In this document: positions 24,636 through 32,631 of the stretch, piece after piece
How the letters are laid out: every line of letters starts with the position of its first letter
Position numbering within the stretch: position 1 is the first letter of the stretch
NCBI GenBank assembly: GCA_025594325.1
Contig: JANHCV010000015.1
Span: forward strand, 558,001-622,000
Length of the DNA: 64,000 bases
Direction: 5' to 3'
Source: Blastocladiella emersonii ATCC 22665
Taxonomy: Eukaryota > Fungi > Blastocladiomycota
Position numbers and translations under genes: made by a program
The notes under the pieces: generated by a model
Database searches by the model: none
What the model was told of the DNA's origin: nothing
Seen by the model: the letters and a program-made list of their open reading frames with translations, nothing else

Positions 24636-26861
24636 ATGTCGCCAGGGCACTCGCCACCCGCAGGCCCAAGCCGTGTTGATGAACGTCCTGCACTCAGCGA
24701 CGATAGCCAAACTATTGCGCAGGACCAGCTTGAGGACCTTTTCGGAACTCACGAGCTTGCCCAACCTTCGCAGCCCCCAGCAGCTTCGTCAACGTTGGAC
24801 CATGCTACACTTGGTCTCTGCGCGGACCCGCATTCACTCGCCCAGCTTTGCGCTTCGAGTACCGTGGAGAAAGGCGACCCAAACTTGGTCTGGACGGACC
24901 GCGACCAACTACTCTCCAAACTTGCCAGCGAGCAGAGGCGCGTGCGGGAGCTCATGTACTCGCATGCCGCCAAGATTCGTTCGCTGGTGGATCTCGGCGA
25001 CGTCGAAGTTAGCGCGCGGAACGAGGCCGTTGGTACTGCGGAAGTCCTTGCAGTTCAGCTGCGCGTTGCCCAGTCCAAGCTCGACGGTGCCAACGAGCTG
25101 TGCGAAATTGCCCAGCAGCGTGCTTCGCGGATCAAGGCCGAGCTCGACGCGACCCGTGTGGATCGGGATAAGGCCATGGACGAGCTGGACGACGTGAAGC
25201 GAGAGCTGACTAAGGCCAAGAAGCAGCTCGACGCGGGCGAATCTCTTGAAGAGCGGCTGACCGCGGACCTTGCCAACGCCCGTGCTTCAATGGACACGCT
25301 ACACGCGGATCGCGACAAGCTTGCGCTGCAGGTCGAGAAGCTTGGAACGAAACTTGCCACGCTCGAAATGCAAGCCAAGGCCCATCACGCACGCATCCAT
25401 GCCGACCCAACTGATGCTCATCACGACCAGTGTCGCAAGGCCCGGGCATTTCTCGAGCAACAGCTCGAATTTCTCGAGCAGCAGCTCGACTTGGCTAAAT
25501 CGCGTGCTGACGAAACCGACCCAGATGCCGCAGCTCTTGACCCTCGAAACGAGGTGCCCGCCACGGACCTCGAAACGGCTCGCGCCGCGCTCAAACGGCT
25601 GAACGACGAGCACGCCTTGGTGTCTACCCGAAACGCTGCCGCCGAGTCCGAAATCACCAAGCTTACATCGGAGCTCGATAACGTACGCGAGGACCGCGAC
25701 ACACTTGATCTGCAGCTCACGGAAACTGCAGGGCGGCTCGCGGCTGCTGACGCCAAGGCCAGCGAACTTGACGCGAAACTCGCAAAATTGGTCAGCGAGC
25801 TTGACGCCGCCCGCACCGAGGGCAATGTCCTGCTTTCTGCTGCCAACGCTATCATCGCAGACCTTCAGACGCAGCTCGAGTCTGCCAAGGCCAAAACCGA
25901 GCACCTCTCTTCGCAGCTCCTCGAGTCACGCACTAGTCGCTTGGAATCCAGAGATCGGTTCAGGCTTGTTGAAACCGGCCGTCTTCGCGCCGAGACGGAC
26001 CTCGAGGAGCGCGATTTGGCGCTCGCGCAGTCGCGTGCAGACCATGCCAGGACGACGGAGCTTCTTACCGTTGCCAACGCCAAGGTGGCGGCGCTTGACG
26101 CCAAGCTTGCCGAGTCCGAGGCGGTTCGTGCGACGGAAAAGGCCGGCTCGGCTGAGCAGCTCGCCGAGCATGAACGACGCTTTGCCAATCTCGAGCAGCG
26201 CCTGGCTGCTCAAACTCAAGTCGCCGAGCAGCGCACCGCGGCCGCGTTGACCGAGCGCGATCGTCTTGCCGCCGAACTTGCCCTGGAGCGCGAGCAGCAC
26301 GCCTTGATCAAGGACCGCTACACTGCCTTAACTGCTTCCATTGCCGGGTCCGCCCCGCTGATCGAGACGCTTACTACTCGCCCTCTCGAGTCGGGCGAAG
26401 CCGCTGCACCGCGACTGGACCGCCTCGTGCAGGCCACGGCTGACACAGCACCTCCTGCGCCTCAAAAGCGCAAGGCGACCGAGCACGAGGTGACCGAGCA
26501 CGAGGTGATTGTGATCGATGATTCGGACTCCAAAACCGAAGTGGCGCTTGATGCTCGTGGCGATGAAGCCGCGGCCGCCACAGCGACCAACGACGAGCAG
26601 GCTGGCGATCCGGAGTTTGATATCGAGGCGATCCTGGACGTTCGTCCCTTCGCGCGAACCGTCAAGTACCAAGTCGAGCGGCGCGGAGGCACCACGACGT
26701 GGGAGTATTTATGCAGGCTCAAGCGCCACGAGGAGCTCATTAATGCGTTTCATGCCCTTAACCCCGGCAAGATTGACCGGCGCCAAGGAGTGCTTGAGGC
26801 ACCACCGCTAGAGCCACTGAAGGTGGCGTGTGGTGATGGAGGAAACCACGCAGAACCGTAG
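24636..26861 (+). CDS. Coiled-coil + chromodomain protein (copy C), ~741 aa; last 22 aa derive from the DIRS terminus; native C-terminus displaced to 30609-30638
   Basis: Uninterrupted ORF with long heptad repeats, QKRKA, and the chromodomain EFDIEAILDVR...VKYQV...TTWE...LKRHEELINAF. The sequence switches to element DNA at 26793. Confidence 0.8.
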   Translation: MSPGHSPPAGPSRVDERPALSDDSQTIAQDQLEDLFGTHELAQPSQPPAASSTLDHATLGLCADPHSLAQLCASSTVEKGDPNLVWTDRDQLLSKLASEQRRVRELMYSHAAKIRSLVDLGDVEVSARNEAVGTAEVLAVQLRVAQSKLDGANELCEIAQQRASRIKAELDATRVDRDKAMDELDDVKRELTKAKKQLDAGESLEERLTADLANARASMDTLHADRDKLALQVEKLGTKLATLEMQAKAHHARIHADPTDAHHDQCRKARAFLEQQLEFLEQQLDLAKSRADETDPDAAALDPRNEVPATDLETARAALKRLNDEHALVSTRNAAAESEITKLTSELDNVREDRDTLDLQLTETAGRLAAADAKASELDAKLAKLVSELDAARTEGNVLLSAANAIIADLQTQLESAKAKTEHLSSQLLESRTSRLESRDRFRLVETGRLRAETDLEERDLALAQSRADHARTTELLTVANAKVAALDAKLAESEAVRATEKAGSAEQLAEHERRFANLEQRLAAQTQVAEQRTAAALTERDRLAAELALEREQHALIKDRYTALTASIAGSAPLIETLTTRPLESGEAAAPRLDRLVQATADTAPPAPQKRKATEHEVTEHEVIVIDDSDSKTEVALDARGDEAAAATATNDEQAGDPEFDIEAILDVRPFARTVKYQVERRGGTTTWEYLCRLKRHEELINAFHALNPGKIDRRQGVLEAPPLEPLKVACGDGGNHAEP

Positions 26862-26938
26862 GTGATGGATAAGCCACTTCACGTGATATTCGTAGACTAA
26901 TAAAACCAAAACAAACGACCCGGTCTGAACCCCGCCTC
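26841..26938. repeat. DIRS 3' inverted terminal repeat (98 bp), preceded by a 48-bp terminal extension at 26793-26840
   Basis: ggaaaccacgcagaaccgtagg...ctgaaccccgcctc is the exact reverse complement of 30513-30610. A further 13-bp match (26945-26957 with 30493-30505) follows a short mismatch. Confidence 0.95.
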
Positions 26939-27011
26939 GAGCGGCACGCCCGACCGGATGAGAGAAACAAAGGGAGAGGAGACGCGGCCGCGGCCGCGTG
27001 GGTGGGCCCGG

Positions 27012-27101
27012 TCTGCGTGGTTTCCTCAATCACCACACGCCACCTTCAGTGGCTCTAGCGGTGGTGCCTCAAGAAACCACGCAGAACCGTAGGTGATGGA
27101 T
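27012..27101. repeat. DIRS internal complementary region (circle-junction template)
   Basis: 27012-27073 is the reverse complement of 26793-~26854 (1 mismatch). 27074-27101 is the reverse complement of the other terminus. Its reverse complement reads ...GCGTGGTTT|CTTGAGGCACC, i.e. the two element ends joined. Confidence 0.93.
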
Positions 27102-27294
27102 TTTTCGTGCCGTAGCCACGACCCCAAGCACGCGGGCGCCGCGGACGCGGCGCGCGGCGGCGGTCCCACTTGGCCGCGGAGCGCGATCTTGACCATGGTG
27201 CGGGACAGGCGGCAGAGGACGAGGAACAGGTGCACCGCGAGTGCGAGGAGCTGGAGCACGCGGTGGGCCGAGGAAGGACGCGTTTCGGGCGAGC

Positions 27295-29184
27295 TCAGCT
27301 GCTCGAGTCGCGCCACGCGTCGTGTCGTAGCCGCCAGACGAAGACACCCGATGCCGACGGATGGACACGGTGCGTAGTTGGCGACTCCCGCAGCACCGCG
27401 CTGGAAGGCAGGTGCAGCGGCTTGGCCGTCGCGAGCGGGAGCAGCGCCGGGTACCACGGCTGCGACCGCCACGCCGGCGTGACGAGGATCAGATCGCGAA
27501 TCCGCGCCGATCGCACCCGTTGGGCGACCCGCGCGATCTGGTTCTGCGGCGGAAACGCGTACGCGCCCGTCCTCGGCCACTGGAACTTGAACGCGTCGGT
27601 GCCCAGTGCTTGCGGATCCGGCTGCAGCGAGTAGTAGGCCGGGAGCTGCGTGTTGACTCGGTCGGCGAACAGGTCGACCGTCGGGCTCGCGCGCAGCGCC
27701 GCCATGGCGCGCTTGAACGCCGCCGACGTCAGCGAGTACCGGTGCCGATCGACGAGGACCCGGCTCGCGCGGTCCGCCGCCACGTTCTCGACGCCCTTGA
27801 TGAACGACGCCGTCAGGTGGATGTTGTACTCGAGCAGGAGCGACCACAGCTCCTTGGCCAGCGCCAGCAGCTTGGGCGACGCCGTGCCGCCCTGCTTGTT
27901 GACCATGGCGATCGCCGTCGTGTTGTCGGACCGGAGCCGCACCGCCCGACCCGACCACTCGCGGCACTTGATCTTGACGGCGAACAGGATCGTCTTGAGC
28001 TCGCGGTAGTTGCTCGACTGCGCCGCCTCCCACGGCGACCACGACCCCTGCGTCGTGCCGTCCGAGAGAACGATCCCCCAGCCCGTCTGGCTGGCGTCCG
28101 TCGTGGTCGTGAACTCGATGGCCGCGGTTGGCGGGATGAACGAACGACCGTTCCAGCGACGGACGTTGGTCACCCACCACGTCAGCTCCTCGCGGGCGCT
28201 CGGTGAGATCGGAATCGTCGCCGCCCACGACGACGTGCGCGCGAGGCTAAATGACAGGCAGCGCTGGAGCCACCGCTGCTGGATCAGCGCCGGCCGGAAC
28301 CCCTGCGCCGTCGAGTTGAGCATGCCGAGGACCGCTGCCAGCCGGCGCGCCGAGCACCGACCCGCAGCAAGCAGCGAGCGGCACTCGCGCTCGATCTTGC
28401 GGACCTTCTCCTTGGGGAGCGACAGCGTCATGTTGGTCGTGTTGATCTTGAACCCGAGGAACGTCTGGACGCGGGCGGGGACGAGGCACGACTTGGTCAG
28501 GTTCAGGGTGTAGCCCAGGGCCAGCAGCTGGCGAGCGAGAGCGGCGAGAGTCGCGCGCACCTGCTCGGGCGTCTCGCCAATCACCAGAATGTCGTCGATG
28601 TACTGGACGAACTTGTGCCCCGCCGCGCGCAACGGCTGGAGCGCGCCCTGGATCACCTTGGTGAACAGGCGCGGCGCCGACCCGAGACCAAACGGGAGGA
28701 CGCGCCAGCGCCACGTCCGACCGGCCCAGTTGAAGGCCAGGAAGTCGCGGTGCGCGGGGTGCACCGGCACACTGTGGTACGCCGACTTGAGGTCGAGCTT
28801 GGCCAGGTAGCAGCCCCTGGACAGCATCGGCGTCGCCACCGCGAGCGACTCCATCTTGAACGAGTCGCGCGTCAGGTGCTCGGACAGCTCCGACATGTCG
28901 AAGCAGAGCCGGTCCTTGTCGGGCTGGCGGACGAGGAACGGCGACGACAGGTACCGCGGACGCGGGCACGGCTCCACCGCCCCCGTCGCGATGAGCTCGT
29001 CGATCTGCAGCGTGATCTTGGCCAGGTCCTCGTCCGAGTGGCGGAACTCGCGCATCGGCGCCGCCGAACGATCCGGCGGCGGCGTCATGAAAGACAGGCG
29101 GACGCCCTCGGTCGCCATCTTGCGCGCCTCGACGTTGGTCGTCCTCGAGGCCCACTGGTCCGCCCTCATGGACGTGTCGACCAC
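27295..29184 (-). CDS. DIRS ORF2: reverse transcriptase + RNase H + Dam-like N6-adenine methyltransferase-like domain (frame open from 29571)
   Basis: RT: SSPFLVRQ...RLCFDMSELS, FKMESL, KLDLKSAYHSV, RVLPFGLGSAPRLFTKV, YIDDILV. RNase H: TTDASQTGWG, NYRELKT, SDNTTA, GVENVAADRASR. MTase-like: VDLFA, DAFKFQW, YAFPP, LVTPAWRSQPWYP. Confidence 0.95.
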   Translation of the reverse strand: MVDTSMRADQWASRTTNVEARKMATEGVRLSFMTPPPDRSAAPMREFRHSDEDLAKITLQIDELIATGAVEPCPRPRYLSSPFLVRQPDKDRLCFDMSELSEHLTRDSFKMESLAVATPMLSRGCYLAKLDLKSAYHSVPVHPAHRDFLAFNWAGRTWRWRVLPFGLGSAPRLFTKVIQGALQPLRAAGHKFVQYIDDILVIGETPEQVRATLAALARQLLALGYTLNLTKSCLVPARVQTFLGFKINTTNMTLSLPKEKVRKIERECRSLLAAGRCSARRLAAVLGMLNSTAQGFRPALIQQRWLQRCLSFSLARTSSWAATIPISPSAREELTWWVTNVRRWNGRSFIPPTAAIEFTTTTDASQTGWGIVLSDGTTQGSWSPWEAAQSSNYRELKTILFAVKIKCREWSGRAVRLRSDNTTAIAMVNKQGGTASPKLLALAKELWSLLLEYNIHLTASFIKGVENVAADRASRVLVDRHRYSLTSAAFKRAMAALRASPTVDLFADRVNTQLPAYYSLQPDPQALGTDAFKFQWPRTGAYAFPPQNQIARVAQRVRSARIRDLILVTPAWRSQPWYPALLPLATAKPLHLPSSAVLRESPTTHRVHPSASGVFVWRLRHDAWRDSSS

Positions 29185-29273
29185 CTCGAGCGGGAAACGC
29201 GTGCCCTTGGCGAGCGTCGACAGGAAGATCTCGTCCTCGGAGCTGGCCGCCGGCGCGACCGTCGCAACGGCCG

Positions 29274-30419
29274 CTAGTTGAGCTTCGGGTTGGACTGCGG
29301 CTGCTGTTGAGGCTGCTGCTGTTGAGGCCGCTGCTGTTGAGGTTGCTGGTACTGCTGCTGGTACTGCTGGTGGCCGCGGAAGCCACCGCGACCCCGGCCG
29401 CGCCCCTGCGCGGCTGGGGCGCCTCGGGAAGATGCGGCGCCGCCACGACCACTGCCGTCGCCGCCCGAGGCGTTTCCCGCCCTGTTGGCGAGCTTGATGA
29501 TAGCGTCGGTAGACTGGACCGTGCGAGCGGCGTCGAAGGTGCGCTCGACATCGGGACCAAAGAGGAACCGGTCACCGTCGCTGGGGACCGAGCGGACGAA
29601 CTCGGCGACCGCCGCCGGGAAGCGGGCGCCAGCGGCCACGTTGTCGCGACGCGCAGCTTCGAGAAGGCCGAAATGGTGCCGGTTGTGCGCGAGCTGGTCG
29701 CGCGCTGCATCGTGCATGGCCCAGAGGGTCGCGACGAGACGAGGGGGATGCGGGTACGTCTCGATGAGCTGCTGGCCTGCCCCGTCAAGGACGGGCTGGC
29801 CGTCGGCGTCGAACATGGGCTCGGGCGGGTAGACGAAGCCGGCGAGGTCGTCCGGACCGAGCGCGTCACCGGCGGCGTCGCCGTAGCAGCGGCGGAAGCC
29901 GTCTGGATCGACGCGGCGTAGAAGCTCTTGAGCGTAGTGCAGCTGCTGTAGCGCGACGCGAGCACCGAGGTTGAGCTCGGACTGGTAGTCGCGCAGGCGC
30001 TTCTCGACCACAGCATGGGTCCAGCCGGTACCGGAAGCGCCCTCGAAGCCGACGCGGGCGAAGACGTCGATCTCGGACAGCGAGTTGAAGAGAGGATGAT
30101 CAGGCGCGGGGTACTGCTGGCCGAATCCGTGGTTCTGGAGGCGGCCACCCGCGCGGTTGTCGATGAAGGAGTCCAGAAGCGGCTGCGTGAGGGCATGACC
30201 GCCGCGGGCGCGCTCGTACCAGCTGGCGAGAGCCCTGCCGCGTGGAGGGTCCGCGCGGTGCAAGGGCGCCAGTGGGGAGGACGCATGAGGATCAGCTTCT
30301 GCTTGTTGTTGTTCATGTTGTTGCTGCTGCTGTTGCTGCTGCCCGAGCTGCTGGCGGAGTACAGCGACTTCCTGCTGGAGGCCGAGGAACACCTGGACCA
30401 GGACTGCTGCATCGTCCAT
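29274..30419 (-). CDS. DIRS ORF1, gag-like (N-terminal coiled coil, LFG motif, RGG/Q-rich tail)
   Basis: 381-aa ORF starts just inside the 5' ITR region. It contains RFLFGPDV and a C-terminal GRGRGRGGFRG. Confidence 0.8.
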   Translation of the reverse strand: MDDAAVLVQVFLGLQQEVAVLRQQLGQQQQQQQQHEQQQAEADPHASSPLAPLHRADPPRGRALASWYERARGGHALTQPLLDSFIDNRAGGRLQNHGFGQQYPAPDHPLFNSLSEIDVFARVGFEGASGTGWTHAVVEKRLRDYQSELNLGARVALQQLHYAQELLRRVDPDGFRRCYGDAAGDALGPDDLAGFVYPPEPMFDADGQPVLDGAGQQLIETYPHPPRLVATLWAMHDAARDQLAHNRHHFGLLEAARRDNVAAGARFPAAVAEFVRSVPSDGDRFLFGPDVERTFDAARTVQSTDAIIKLANRAGNASGGDGSGRGGAASSRGAPAAQGRGRGRGGFRGHQQYQQQYQQPQQQRPQQQQPQQQPQSNPKLN

Positions 30420-30512
30420 GAAAGAGTAGTGTGTGTAGAGCAGATTGCGTGGAGTTACAGGGCGACAGCGTCGCCGTGGACCAAATCAGTTGCCGGTCGG
30501 GCGTGACGTGAA

Positions 30513-30610
30513 GAGGCGGGGTTCAGACCGGGTCGTTTGTTTTGGTTTTATTAGTCTACGAATATCACGTGAAGTGGCTTATCCATCACCTACGGTTCTG
30601 CGTGGTTTCC
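30513..30610. repeat. DIRS 5' inverted terminal repeat (98 bp)
   Basis: Exact reverse complement of 26841-26938. Confidence 0.95.
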
Positions 30611-30982
30611 CCGCAAGAAGCGGAAGCTTGGGCACTGATTAGGTTTGTTGTTTTATTTTGTATATTGTTGTTTGGTAAAGTTAGACTTCCGTATTATTTC
30701 CCCAACTGACGGTGAACGTGCGTAAGCGGAACCAGACTGACGCTGCGGGCAACCAACGTATATAACGGTTCGCCGAGTGTAACCTAAATTCCTGCTTTGG
30801 CAGAGCCGCAGTTTGTTGCTATGCATGGAGCGTGCGGGATTTGCGACGGGGCGCGAGGCGAAAAATCACGCGCTGATCAAATCCCGTGTGTGGCGCCGCC
30901 ACGTCCCCTCGGCGATCGACAAGCCAAGCTTCACCGCACCACACGCTCGCTCCGAGACCTCCGAGACCACGCAACAAACTGA

Positions 30983-32289
30983 ATGAAACTTGATGCAAAC
31001 AACCCATCAAAGCTTGCCAACTATGGATACGCCGCCTCGCGGCGCGGGCTCGGCGGCTCCAGTTGTGGCTGCGGGCGAGCCGGATGCTCCGCCTTCCCCC
31101 CTTCCCCCTCGCCGTTTGACGGCGACACGTTGGGTCTTGCTTCTCAGCACACCGCATCGTCCTTGACGATCGAAATGGCTCATCCTCCTCCACCTGAGCT
31201 CGTCGCGCTCGCTCGGTACTGGACGCGGATGTCTGAGCTGGAGCAGGGGTTCCAGACCCTTCGCGCGGAACGCGACCAGCTTGTGTTGTCCACGCGCACC
31301 CGCGAGGAGCAGCACCCGCTTGAGCTCGCCAACTTGTGCGAAACCGAGCTCGCTGCTTCGAAGGCACTCTACGACGAAGCGGTCCGTGCCCGGAACGAGG
31401 CCCTTTCGGCAAGCGAGGAGCTCGCCGCCACCTTGCGTTTGACGAAAGCAACGCTCGAAAGCGCCGACGAGATGCGCGAGCATGCCGAACTTCGCGCCTC
31501 CCGTCTCAAAGCGGAGCTTGTCGCCGTGTCCTCTCAGCTTGACGACCTGTTGTCTCAGCGCTCGACCGCTCGCTCGGACTGCGCGCTTCTCACCAGCCAG
31601 CTCGACGGATCGAAGGCCGCGCTGGCCCGTGCAACCGTCCAGCTCGACGAGTCCAACTCCCGCAACTCTAGATTGTCCGCCGAGCTTGACGGAAGCCGTA
31701 CGGCACTCGGACAGGTTCGCACCGACTACGAACAAATGGGGTATGACCGCGACGCTGCTGTCGCGCGCTCTGCACCACTTGACTCGCACCTCACGGCATC
31801 CACAGCGGAGCTGACTCAGGCGCAAACGGATCGCACCGACTTTGCTTCGCAGCTCGCCGCTGCCAACTCTCGCGCTGCAGTGCTCTCCGCGCAACTCAAC
31901 GAAGCACGCGCCGAGTACGCAAGATTCACTCAGCCGATTGAGTCACCTCCTGTGTCTGTTGTTGATTAGCTCAAGGAGTCTGAGGCGACGCTGGAAAAAG
32001 CGCGCTCTGATTACGCCGAGGCACTCGAGCGACTTTCTGCCTCTGAATCCAAGGTCGCTGCACTTTCGGACGAGCTCGCTGCATCGAGGGCCGTATCGCT
32101 TCCCTCTCACAGTCGCAGCCAGCGGAGAACGCTGGTCCGCCCGGCGCTGCGCACAGAGCGCTGTCTCGCCTTGTTATATCAGCAACGGTCGCGCCCGAAG
32201 ACGCGAGCCATCGGGCTTCGACTGGTTCCCTCAGCAGCTGCGGCGACGAGCCCGCGGCTCGTACGAGTAAGCGGCCGGGCCATGACTGA
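30983..32289 (+). pseudogene. Coiled-coil family copy D, with an in-frame TAG at 31967-31969, a later frameshift and no chromodomain
   Basis: YDEAVRARNEALSA...HAELRASRLKAEL aligns with copy C SARNEAVG...AQQRASRIKAEL. After the TAG, LEKARSDYAEALERLSASESKVAALS resembles LAQSRADHARTTELLTVANAKVAALD. A shifted frame gives ALSRLVISAT...GDEPAA, resembling RLDRLVQAT...GDEAAA. Confidence 0.65.
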
Positions 32290-32631
32290 ATTCGCCCAGC
32301 TCCTGGATTTCCAGTCGTATGAACGGTCGCAGCCTGTGTATGTGGCTGTTTTGCTCAAGAAGTGTATATATACCCGTCATTCGCCGTCATTCACCTTCAT
32401 TCGTTGCGGAGTGTCTCGCGGCAGCTGCGAGACAAGAAACGTGATTTCGAAACGCGTCGTGCGCCACGTTACCGCGCCACCGTGTTCCGCGCGAGGAGAT
32501 CAGTCAGGCCCTGACCGGGCCGCCTGCCAGGCGGACCGGACCCGTTCGTGAGGCTTTCCTCAAACGGCCTGGCTCGCTTTCAGGTACATTCAGATCGCTG
32601 ATATCAGTTGATTATTCGAACAAAAAAGTTG

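Larger units (their letters stand above)
26793..30608 (-). mobile_element. DIRS1-type retrotransposon (3816 bp) with ITRs and ICR, lacking an intact tyrosine recombinase
   Basis: ITRs at 26841-26938 and 30513-30610. The ICR at 27012-27101 is complementary to both termini. gag and RT/RNaseH/MTase ORFs are present. No target-site duplication; removing the element restores the host reading frame. Confidence 0.93.

Noticed and set aside
26841-27101. CRISPR-like or LTR interpretation of the repeated 28-bp aaaccacgcagaaccgtaggtgatggat
   Set aside because: Fully explained by the DIRS ITR and ICR architecture.
27026-28228. 400-aa ORF as an intact tyrosine recombinase
   Set aside because: Most of it is an alternative-frame shadow of RNase H/MTase. 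No HxxR box or catalytic Tyr segment was found, so it is at most a short relic.
28247-30412. 721-aa ORF overlapping DIRS gag and pol in the third frame
   Set aside because: Ser/Arg/Pro-rich translation with no domain. It is the expected shadow of GC3-biased gag and pol codons.
19700-32600. Island as a single giant transposon (Starship, KDZ, Helitron or Polinton) or viral insert
   Set aside because: No transposase, captain recombinase, Rep/helicase, polymerase, capsid or bounding terminal repeats were seen apart from the DIRS.
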